This document shows, piece by piece, positions 24,429 to 32,149 of a stretch of DNA of 36,150 nt (position 1 is the first letter of the stretch; each line of letters starts with the position of its first letter). A model generated the notes under the pieces. The model ran no database searches, was not told the origin of the DNA, and saw only the letters and a list, made by a program, of their open reading frames with translations. The stretch is from a bacterium (GTDB lineage: Bacteria; Patescibacteriota; Minisyncoccia; Minisyncoccales; PWPS01): the NCBI GenBank assembly GCA_018400405.1, contig JAGYMX010000002.1:1-36150 (forward strand). The letters are read 5' to 3'. The position numbers and the translations under genes are program-made.

Positions 24429-25976
24429 TTATAAATCTTTTACCATATAGCTTCCCCTTAACTGGTATCCAAGATTTTTCCAGTAATCTCTTACTCCCAC
24501 TCCGGAAATTACGGCAACACGCTTTTTTTTGAACTCTTCTCTCGTTATCTTTTCTGCTATCTTTACCAGTTTTTTCCCCATTCCCTTGTGTTGAGGAGAG
24601 CTTTTGTTTTGTCCTTTGACAGGGAGATGCAAGCCGTAGGTTTTTATCTCTCGTATTATTGCAGAGTTTTTTAAAGAAAGAAAAGGAGTTTTTTCTGGTT
24701 TTCGTAATCGTAAAAGAGCAAAAAGTTTACTTCTATCTTTGTTTTCTAAAGAAAGAAAAATCTCATTTCCCTTTGAAGCAAGATAATTTTCTCGGAAAAG
24801 ATAGACTTTTTCAGAAGGGTTGTATGATTCTTTTACTTCTCGACACCGAATACAGCGACATCTCCACTTTTCTTTTTCTGCTACTTTTGCGACAACTTCT
24901 CTTAAGTTTGAAACCTTGCATCCCGCGAAAATGTGTTTTGCGGGAATATCTCGGAAAAGGCGCTGGATGCGGACATAATAAGGAATGATGTCTTTTTTTA
25001 TTTTTGCAATTATTTTTACAAGTTGTTTTTCACTAAAAGGAGTATACTTTCCTTTTTTAAAAAGAGAGAAAAGTTCTGTATTAGCAATGACAAGGCAAGG
25101 ATATATTTTTAAAAAGTCCGGTTGGTAATCAGAATTTTGAAAAAGCTCTTTAAATGTTTTTATGTCTTTTTGAGGAGTGCTTTTGGGCAGGTTTAACATT
25201 ACTTGATAACAAATCTTAAAACCCGCATCTTTTAGAAGTTTTGTTGCCCTTATCGTTGATTCTGTGGTGTGACCTCTTTTTATAAAAGAAAGAACATTGT
25301 TATCTACAGACTGCACCCCGAGCTCTACCATCGTCACTCCGAGAGCACGCATTTCTTTTATTTCTTCTTTTGTTATAAAATCTGGTCTTGTCTCTATAGA
25401 AAGACAAACAATGCGGTGTTTTGCTTTTTCGTTTTTTCTCTGTGATTCTTTGAGTGTTTTGCTTTTCTTTTTATTGCACGCATCAAAACAATTTTTAACA
25501 AACCATCTCCTGTATTTTTTTGGATAAAAAGACCATGTTCCTCCAACAATGCGAAGCTCTATCTTTTCTGTCGGATGCCCTGTTTTTTCTAATGCTTCTA
25601 TCCTTTTTGTAGTTTGTTTTGCCGGATGGTAGTTACTCATCCATGCACGCATTGCGGCTGGTTCGTCTTTTAAGTAACTTTTTGGTGATGCCTTTTCATC
25701 TGGACAGTAGATACATTTTCCAGGGCAAGGGAATGGCTTTGTGAGAACGGAAATATTAACTACCCCAGAAAGAGAACGAACGGGACGTGTTCGAAGAAGA
25801 GAAACTGTCTGTTCCTTACTTCCTCCCATTTTGTGATAGAATTGGAGGAGATGGACATTGGAAAGAAAAGAAGTTTTATATTTTTTTGCAAAAATTTTCT
25901 TTATCTTTTCAAGATCTTTTGCCGTTGTTACTTCTCCTTGGTCAATTTTTTTAATTATTTCTTTTTCAATTTTCAT
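24429..25976 (-). CDS. elp3: Elp3-like radical SAM / acetyltransferase (tRNA U34 carboxymethyltransferase)
   Basis: RSLSGV, KPFPCPGKCIYCP, PKSY, GGTW, ETRPD, ELGVQS, KIYP, R.QR..RDIP, CRCIRCRE, QHKGMG, ISGVGVR.Y. Start moved to ATG 25976 (MKIEK); the ORF-track extension is the antisense shadow of the next gene. Confidence 0.92.
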   Translation of the reverse strand: MKIEKEIIKKIDQGEVTTAKDLEKIKKIFAKKYKTSFLSNVHLLQFYHKMGGSKEQTVSLLRTRPVRSLSGVVNISVLTKPFPCPGKCIYCPDEKASPKSYLKDEPAAMRAWMSNYHPAKQTTKRIEALEKTGHPTEKIELRIVGGTWSFYPKKYRRWFVKNCFDACNKKKSKTLKESQRKNEKAKHRIVCLSIETRPDFITKEEIKEMRALGVTMVELGVQSVDNNVLSFIKRGHTTESTIRATKLLKDAGFKICYQVMLNLPKSTPQKDIKTFKELFQNSDYQPDFLKIYPCLVIANTELFSLFKKGKYTPFSEKQLVKIIAKIKKDIIPYYVRIQRLFRDIPAKHIFAGCKVSNLREVVAKVAEKEKWRCRCIRCREVKESYNPSEKVYLFRENYLASKGNEIFLSLENKDRSKLFALLRLRKPEKTPFLSLKNSAIIREIKTYGLHLPVKGQNKSSPQHKGMGKKLVKIAEKITREEFKKKRVAVISGVGVRDYWKNLGYQLRGSYMVKDL

Positions 25977-25979
25977 AGA

Positions 25980-26642
25980 ATGAAGAAAAAAGAAGCTCAA
26001 AAAATAATGGAAGAGCTGCGAGATGATTATAACGCGGTAGCCTCTTCTTTTGCAAGCACACGGGATCGTTTGTGGCCAGAAATGAAGTTTCTTTTCAGGG
26101 GTGCAGAAGAAGGTGAAAGGGTTCTTGACATAGGGTGTGGAAACGGAAGATTTTCTCGTTACCTTGAAAAAACACACTACACAGGAGTTGATTTTTCAGA
26201 GAAGATGATTAAAGAAGCAAAAAAGCGGTTTCCTAAAAAAAACTTTATTATAGGGAATGCTCTTTCGCTTCCCTTTATAAGCGACACTTTTTCCAAGGTG
26301 TACAGTATTGCTGTTATTCACCAGATTCCTTCTCCTGAGAATCGAAGAAGATTTGTTTTAGAAGCAAAAAGAGTCCTTTCTCCTGGAGGAAAACTTTTCT
26401 TGACTGCTTGGAATATAAAAAAAGGAAGAAGTTTTTTTTGCGCAAAAGAAGCGATAAAAAATTTTTTTTCTTCTAATTTTCTTGGGAAAAAAGATATTTA
26501 TTTAAAAAGAAAAAGATATTATTATCTTTTTTCCCAAAAAGAACTTTCTTCTCTTGTTGTTTCTTGCAAAATGAAAATAGAAGAAGAAGGAGAAGTAAAA
26601 AAAGGAAAAAGAAGTAATTTTTATATCATTGCGAAAAAGTAA
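25980..26642 (+). CDS. Class I SAM-dependent methyltransferase, Trm9/ALKBH8-like
   Basis: DYNAVASSFASTR.RLWPE, VLDIGCGNGR, SIAVIHQI, RR....EAKRVLSPGG, RYYYLFS..EL. Start moved to ATG 25980. Confidence 0.8.
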   Translation: MKKKEAQKIMEELRDDYNAVASSFASTRDRLWPEMKFLFRGAEEGERVLDIGCGNGRFSRYLEKTHYTGVDFSEKMIKEAKKRFPKKNFIIGNALSLPFISDTFSKVYSIAVIHQIPSPENRRRFVLEAKRVLSPGGKLFLTAWNIKKGRSFFCAKEAIKNFFSSNFLGKKDIYLKRKRYYYLFSQKELSSLVVSCKMKIEEEGEVKKGKRSNFYIIAKK

Positions 26643-26689
26643 TTTTTCCCTTATAATCTTAAAAGATTTTTTATTAAAGTTTTTTAAGG

Positions 26690-27130
26690 ATGGAGCTTAA
26701 TATATATCACGTTTTTTTTCAGTTTTTACTCGCGTCTTTTTTAGGTGCTTGTATTGGAGTAGAGAGAGGATATAAAAGTAAACCAGCAGGAGTAAAAACA
26801 CATGCACTGGTCTCTCTTGGTGCAACTATTTTTGTTGTTCTTGGATACGGAGTTTTTTATGATTTTTTATCTTTTGAAACAAGCTTTGATCCTTCACGTG
26901 TTCTTTCTGCGATTGTTATGGGAGTAGGATTTATTGGAGGGGGGTTGATTATAAAAAGAGATTTTGAGGTTGAGGGGTTAACTACGGCTGCTGGGCTTTG
27001 GGTTGCTGCCGCTCTCGGAGCAACAGTTGGGCTTCGTCTTTATATTCCTGCAGTTTTTATCACTCTTCTCACTCTTCTTATTTTTCATGGGCTTGCTATT
27101 TTTGAAAGAAAATACATAAGAAAAAAGTAA
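26690..27130 (+). CDS. MgtC/SapB family membrane protein
   Basis: LG..IG.ER....KPAG.KTH.LVSLG, DPSR....I..GVGFIGGG.I, GLTTAA.LW. Confidence 0.92.
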   Translation: MELNIYHVFFQFLLASFLGACIGVERGYKSKPAGVKTHALVSLGATIFVVLGYGVFYDFLSFETSFDPSRVLSAIVMGVGFIGGGLIIKRDFEVEGLTTAAGLWVAAALGATVGLRLYIPAVFITLLTLLIFHGLAIFERKYIRKK

Positions 27131-27175
27131 AAATATTATAAAGATTTTCCGAAATTATAAGGAGATCTTTTAAAA

Positions 27176-27511
27176 ATGAAACACTTAGGAACATTACTAA
27201 TTATTGCAGGAGTTTTTGTTATTTTTTATGGGCTTATCTACTCAACACAAGTTTTTCTACAGGGGAAAGAACCACCGGAAGTGTTTAAACCACAAGAGAT
27301 CTCTGTAAACGAACTTCTTGATATTGAATCTTCCAAAGAAAGTGGAAGCTTCGAGGAAGAGGCGATAGAAGTAAAAGATATTGATTTAGAGGAGGTTTTA
27401 CCGATTAGTCGTTTTTTTAACATCTTGGCAGTAAGTTTATTTGTAATGATTTTTATTTTTGGAGGAGCAAAACTGGTAACGGCGGGAGTTTCTATTTTGA
27501 AAGAGAGATAA
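27176..27511 (+). CDS. Hypothetical membrane protein (two TM helices)
   Basis: Hydrophobic N- and C-terminal segments around an acidic loop; AGGAG upstream. Confidence 0.7.
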   Translation: MKHLGTLLIIAGVFVIFYGLIYSTQVFLQGKEPPEVFKPQEISVNELLDIESSKESGSFEEEAIEVKDIDLEEVLPISRFFNILAVSLFVMIFIFGGAKLVTAGVSILKER

Positions 27512-27668
27512 AAAAGCTTGTTGAGAAAAAGGTTTTAGAAAAAACGAAGAAAGTTTTCTGTTCTAATTACTGGTGATTGTTGTAATTGTTTTTTCTTTAT
27601 AGTATCTTGAAACAGGATGTTTATTCTGTTTTTTTGTTTACAAAGAGAAACGAATAAAAATTAAAAGA

Positions 27669-28268
27669 ATGATTAAACCAAATAAACTTATTTTAAAGAT
27701 TATCTGTGCTAGCTTTTTTGTACACGCCGGGTGGGGATTGATCACTCCTATTTTTGCTCTTTTTATTACCGGACAGATAAATGGAGGCAACGTGGAAATG
27801 GTTGGTATTGCTGTCGGGATATACTGGATAACAAAGTCACTTATTCAACCTTTCCTTGCATACCGAATGGATGTTGTTAAGGGAGAACATGACGATATGG
27901 TTTTTCTCCTTAGAGGAACTTTAATTGCCACCCTTGTTCCTCTTGTTTATATTTTCGTTTCTGAGGTTTGGCATGTTTTTCTCCTGGAAGCGGTTCGTGG
28001 TGTAGGATTTGCTATGGTTATTCCTACTTTAAGTGGTGTTCTTACGCGACATGTAGACAAGGACTGGGAGATTTATACCTGGAGTTTAGAAAGTACGGCG
28101 ATGGGGATGGCTGTCGGTTTTTCTGCCGTTTTTGGAGGAGTAGTTGCCGGGCTATTAGGGTTTCAAGCAGTTTTTCTTTTAGTGTCTTTAATTAGCGCTT
28201 TTTCTATGTGCGTTGTTTATTTTACGATTAAAAAAGATCCTTGGCTAAGAGATGGAAAAGAAAAGTAA
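27669..28268 (+). CDS. Half-size MFS-like membrane protein
   Basis: About 6 hydrophobic segments; G...PIFALF, VG.A..IY, A..GVG.A...P, GG.VA...GF..VF resemble one MFS lobe. Confidence 0.7.
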   Translation: MIKPNKLILKIICASFFVHAGWGLITPIFALFITGQINGGNVEMVGIAVGIYWITKSLIQPFLAYRMDVVKGEHDDMVFLLRGTLIATLVPLVYIFVSEVWHVFLLEAVRGVGFAMVIPTLSGVLTRHVDKDWEIYTWSLESTAMGMAVGFSAVFGGVVAGLLGFQAVFLLVSLISAFSMCVVYFTIKKDPWLRDGKEK

Positions 28269-28301
28269 AACATATTTTTAAACATTATTTATTTGTAATT
28301 C

Positions 28302-28334
28302 AAAAACCCGCCTAACGTAATAGACGGGTTTTTT
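28302..28334. terminator. Bidirectional intrinsic terminator
   Basis: AAAAACCCGCCTA-ACGTAA-TAGACGGGTTTTTT between convergent genes. Confidence 0.8.
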
Positions 28335-28350
28335 AGATCTTTAAAAAATT

Positions 28351-28698
28351 TTATTTTTCTACTTCTTTTACAATTTTTTGAAAAGATTCTGGAAATTCTT
28401 TTGCAACGCGACTAAGAACTTTTCGATCAAGTTCAATATTTTTCTTTTTTAAATTGTAAATAAAATTATGGTAAGTAGTACTGTTTTTTCTACATGCAGC
28501 ATTAATAGAAATGTTCCACATTTTTCGCATTTCTCTCTTTTTTTTCTTTCTATCTCGGTAAGCATAACTCCACGCTTTCATTAGAGCTTCTTTTGCTGCT
28601 TTAAATTTATTTTTTCTTCCCCAACGAAACCCCTTTGCATTCTTCAAGAGATTTTTTCTTCTTTTGTGTGCTACTGTTCCTCTTTTAGTTCGGGGCAT
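28351..28698 (-). CDS. rplT: 50S ribosomal protein L20
   Basis: MPRTKRG, AKGFR, YAYRDRK.KKR..R..W...INAA, LDRKVLS. Confidence 0.97.
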   Translation of the reverse strand: MPRTKRGTVAHKRRKNLLKNAKGFRWGRKNKFKAAKEALMKAWSYAYRDRKKKKREMRKMWNISINAACRKNSTTYHNFIYNLKKKNIELDRKVLSRVAKEFPESFQKIVKEVEK

Positions 28699-28701
28699 GT
28701 T

Positions 28702-28902
28702 TTAATAAGTTAAAGATTTTTTTATTTTTTTTACTTCTGCTTTGCTCAACTCTTTTAATCGACGGAGCTTTCTTCTCTTTTCGGCGCTGTTTTTTGCACG
28801 ATAGTGCATCTGACCCACAAGCCGACGGAGTATTTTTCCGCTTTTTGTAATTTTGAATCTTTTCAAAATAGATTTTCTTGTTTTTGGTTTTCCTTTTTTC
28901 AT
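28702..28902 (-). CDS. rpmI: 50S ribosomal protein L35
   Basis: KPKTRKS..KRFKITKSGK; between infC and rplT; ATGA overlap with the infC stop. Confidence 0.93.
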   Translation of the reverse strand: MKKGKPKTRKSILKRFKITKSGKILRRLVGQMHYRAKNSAEKRRKLRRLKELSKAEVKKIKKSLTY

Positions 28903-29414
28903 TTTTTTATGATAGTTGTTGTTAGTCCTCTTGGTTCTCTGGATATTTCTTTTTCTCTTTTTATCTCTATTTTTTCTTCAAGCATTTTTAAAAATCCCTC
29001 CATCTTTTCTCGGGCTACTTCTTGGAGTGCTTTTTGTCTTCCTTTTAATGGAAGAACAATTCTCACAGAGTCGCCCTCTTTTAAAAACTTTTCCGCAGAT
29101 TTTCCTCTTATTTCCATGTCATGTTCTGAAATAGAAAAACCAAGACGGATTGATTTTACTTGTGGATTATTTGCTTTTTCTTGTTTTTTCTTTTTTTTCT
29201 TTTCAGCGTAAGTGTATTTTCCGTAATCAATAATTTTACAAACAGGGGGATTTACATTGTTAGTAATTTGTACCAAATCAAGATTTCTTTCTCGTGCTTT
29301 TTTTAAGCCTTCTTCCAAAGGAACTACTCCGAAGTGTTCTTCATTGTCAGAGACCAATCGTATTTCTTTCGCTCTTATGTTTTCGTTAACTGGTATTCTT
29401 TTTTCTTTTTTCAA
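28899..29414 (-). CDS. infC: Translation initiation factor IF-3
   Basis: NENIRAKEIRLV, LDLVQI, PPVCKIIDYGKY.Y, FL..GD.V, GRQ; non-ATG start. Confidence 0.96.
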   Translation of the reverse strand: MKKEKRIPVNENIRAKEIRLVSDNEEHFGVVPLEEGLKKARERNLDLVQITNNVNPPVCKIIDYGKYTYAEKKKKKKQEKANNPQVKSIRLGFSISEHDMEIRGKSAEKFLKEGDSVRIVLPLKGRQKALQEVAREKMEGFLKMLEEKIEIKREKEISREPRGLTTTIIKK

Positions 29415-29458
29415 GATGTTTGTTATTAGTTTTTTGAAAAGTTTTTGATAAATTATTG

Positions 29459-29802
29459 TGGAGATGGGGGGATTGATCCCCCGTCCGGAACTTCAAAAAA
29501 AATAATTCTACAGGATTATCCCGATTCAGTAACGGCAAGATATAAATCGGGCAAAAATCTTGTCGTTTGGCTTTTTTAGCTTCAAAGATAAAAGGTAAAG
29601 CCGTTTCCTTTTATCTTCTATCCTCATATATGACACCTTTTCTACCTATGAGGAATCGGTAGAGAGGCGCCTACATTACGCTAATGCTAACGCAGGTTCC
29701 TTTTTGAATAAGTTGACACTTATTTTTAAGGTTGCAAGTTTAGCGAGATTACGCTCGTCCTGCCTTATTTTCTCCGGGAACTCCGTCGAAACGAACATCC
29801 CC
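29459..29802 (-). ncRNA. ssrA: tmRNA; predicted tag (A)VNLFKKEPALALA*
   Basis: 5' GGGGATG..TTCGAC pairs with 3' CATCTCCA (G3:U); tag frame 29717-29676 after AAATAAGT ends in ALALA; adjacent to smpB. Confidence 0.93.
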
Positions 29803-29817
29803 ATTTTTTGCCTTCAT

Positions 29818-29846
29818 AATATACACGAAAAAGAACTATCCGTCAA
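29818..29846 (-). promoter_or_regulatory. sigma70 promoter for ssrA
   Basis: Minus strand TTGACG-N17-TATATT, 15 nt upstream of the mature 5' end. Confidence 0.65.
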
Positions 29847-29924
29847 TAGGCACAGTTTTTTAAAGAAATTTCACTCTAAAATTTTGTTATTTAAAAAAGT
29901 ACGGATAAGAAAAACTTTTTTAAG

Positions 29925-30380
29925 CTATCTTTTGTTTTTTTCAAATCTTCTTAATTTTTTATCAATTTCTCTTTTTTTTATTGTATCTCTTTTATCATAT
30001 TTTTTCTTTCCTTTTGCTACTCCCAACTCTAACTTTAAAAGATTTTTTTTAGAGTATATCCGTAAAGGGATAAGAGTTACTCCTCTTTCTTTTTCTTTCC
30101 CAAACAGATAATCAATTTCGTTTTTCTGCAAAAGAAGCTTGCGGTCTCTTCTGGGGTTATAATCTTTTGGTGTGTTACGTTGCTGATAAGGGGAAATATT
30201 GCAGTTTACAAGAAAACACTCTCCATTTTTTACTGTGATATAAGAACCGACAAGAGTTGCTTTTTTCTTTCTTAATGCTTTTACTTCGTGACCAAACAAA
30301 ACTAAACCCGCCTCCATTTTCTCTATTATGTGGTAGTCAAAATTTGCTTTTTTATTTTTTATTAACTCTTCCATAAGCAT
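29925..30380 (-). CDS. smpB: SsrA-binding protein
   Basis: NKKA.FDY.I....EAGLVL.G.EVKALR, R.RKLLL, GKKKYDKR..IK.RE. Confidence 0.97.
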   Translation of the reverse strand: MLMEELIKNKKANFDYHIIEKMEAGLVLFGHEVKALRKKKATLVGSYITVKNGECFLVNCNISPYQQRNTPKDYNPRRDRKLLLQKNEIDYLFGKEKERGVTLIPLRIYSKKNLLKLELGVAKGKKKYDKRDTIKKREIDKKLRRFEKNKR

Positions 30381-30499
30381 TATTTTAACATAAAATACTT
30401 TAAAGAGTGTGTTTTTATTTTTCTGATAAGACTTTTTGGTGTTTTTGGTGGACAGCAGAAGAGAAATAAGATAAAATTACTTTTATAAAATGAAAATTT

Positions 30500-32134
30500 A
30501 TGAAGGAAAAGATAGAAAAAATCTTAAAAGAAAAGACAGGAGAAGAAGTAAAAGTAGAAAAAGCTCCTTTGGGTTATGGAGATTATGCGACAAATATTGC
30601 TCTTTTACTGGGGAAGAAAGAAAAAAAAGATTCGCGGGAAGTAGCAGAAGAGATAAAAAAAAGCATAAAAAGCCCTCTTTTTGAGAAAGTAGAAGAAAAA
30701 AATGGATTTTTAAACTTTTTTCTTTCTTTGGAAGCATTAAGAGATGAGTTTTTTGAGGTTCTAAAGAAAGAAAAAGACTATGGGAAAGAAAAATGTAAAA
30801 AAATAGTGGTGATCGATTACTCCTCTCCAAATATTGCAAAATCATTTGGGATAGGACATCTACGCTCGACAATCATCGGCCATTCTCTTTATAAGATTTA
30901 CCAGTTTTTAGGATGGAAAGCAGTAGGTATAAATCATTTGGGAGACTGGGGAACACAGTATGGAAAACTTCTCTACCAGATAAAAAAAGAAGGAAAAGAT
31001 CCCGAAAAACTTTCTATAAGAGAGTTAGAAGATCTCTATATTCGCTTTCACAAAGAGGCAGAAAAAGATCCGAAGATGGAAGAAGAAGGCAGAAGATGGT
31101 TTTCACTTCTTGAGAAAGGAGATAAAGAGGCAAAAAGGATCTGGGAAGTATGTCGGGAAAAAAGTCTTGTAGAGTTTGAAAAAATTTATCGTGATTTAGA
31201 AGTAAAGATAGATTACTGCTTGGGAGAGAGTTTTTATGAAGGTAAGTTGGAGGAAGTAATAAAAGAAGCAAAAGAAAAAAAAGTAGCAAAAGAGAGTAAG
31301 GGAGCTTTTATTATAGAGTTTGAGAATATGCCTCCAGCAATGATTTTAAAATCTGATAGAAGCACAACCTATCTTACACGTGATTTAGCAGCAGCAAAAT
31401 ACCGATTAAAAAGATTTTCTCCGGATCTTTTTATTTATGAAGTAGGAGCAGATCAGATCCTTCACTTGAAACAGCTTTTTTCTGCAGTAGAAAAATTAGG
31501 GTGGGCAGATAAAGAAAGGTTTGTACATGTTCCTCACGGTATGTTTCGCCTAAAGGAAGGGAAGTTTTCTACAAGGAAAGGAAGAACAGTGCACTTAGAA
31601 GATGTTCTTTCAATGGCAAAAGAAAAAGCGGAAAAAATTATTGAAAACTCCTCAACAGCGAGAGATATCTCCTTAGAAGAAAAGAAAAAATTAGCAAAAA
31701 TTGTAGGTATTGGTGCAGTAAAGTATAACGATTTAAAAAGACACCACAAAAGAGATGTTCTTTTTGACTGGGATCAAATTTTGTCTCTTAAAGGAGATTC
31801 TGGTCCGTATCTACAGTATACTTGTGTGCGGTGTAAAAGTATTATAAAAAAGGCAAAAGAAGTGCGGAGTGAAATAAAAGATTTAAATAGCGAAGAAAGA
31901 AAAATTGTAAAAAGAATAATTCAATTTAAGGAAACAGTAGAGCTTGCCGCAGAAACTTTTTCACCAAACATTATTGCGGAATATGCTTTTAAGCTTGCGA
32001 AAGAGTTTAACTCTTTTTACGACACATACCCGATTCTGGGAAACGCGAAAAGAGTAGCAGTTACAAAAGCAGTTCTTATTATTCTTGAAAACTCTTTAAA
32101 TTTGCTTACAATATCTGTCCCAGAAAAAATGTAA
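30500..32134 (+). CDS. argS: Arginine--tRNA ligase
   Basis: GDYATN, DYSSPNIAK..GIGHLRSTIIG, NHLGDWGTQYG, FSTRKG, GPYLQY, FNSFY. Confidence 0.97.
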   Translation: MKEKIEKILKEKTGEEVKVEKAPLGYGDYATNIALLLGKKEKKDSREVAEEIKKSIKSPLFEKVEEKNGFLNFFLSLEALRDEFFEVLKKEKDYGKEKCKKIVVIDYSSPNIAKSFGIGHLRSTIIGHSLYKIYQFLGWKAVGINHLGDWGTQYGKLLYQIKKEGKDPEKLSIRELEDLYIRFHKEAEKDPKMEEEGRRWFSLLEKGDKEAKRIWEVCREKSLVEFEKIYRDLEVKIDYCLGESFYEGKLEEVIKEAKEKKVAKESKGAFIIEFENMPPAMILKSDRSTTYLTRDLAAAKYRLKRFSPDLFIYEVGADQILHLKQLFSAVEKLGWADKERFVHVPHGMFRLKEGKFSTRKGRTVHLEDVLSMAKEKAEKIIENSSTARDISLEEKKKLAKIVGIGAVKYNDLKRHHKRDVLFDWDQILSLKGDSGPYLQYTCVRCKSIIKKAKEVRSEIKDLNSEERKIVKRIIQFKETVELAAETFSPNIIAEYAFKLAKEFNSFYDTYPILGNAKRVAVTKAVLIILENSLNLLTISVPEKM

Positions 32135-32149
32135 AAAATATTTAAAAAA

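Noticed and set aside
25977..26177. N-terminal 67-aa extension of Elp3 and the reciprocal 49-aa extension of the MTase (25833-25979) in the ORF track
   Set aside because: Each is the antisense of the partner gene; family-like sequence begins only after ATG 25976 and ATG 25980.
29704..30111. 135-aa plus-strand ORF
   Set aside because: Antisense to tmRNA and smpB; no protein features.
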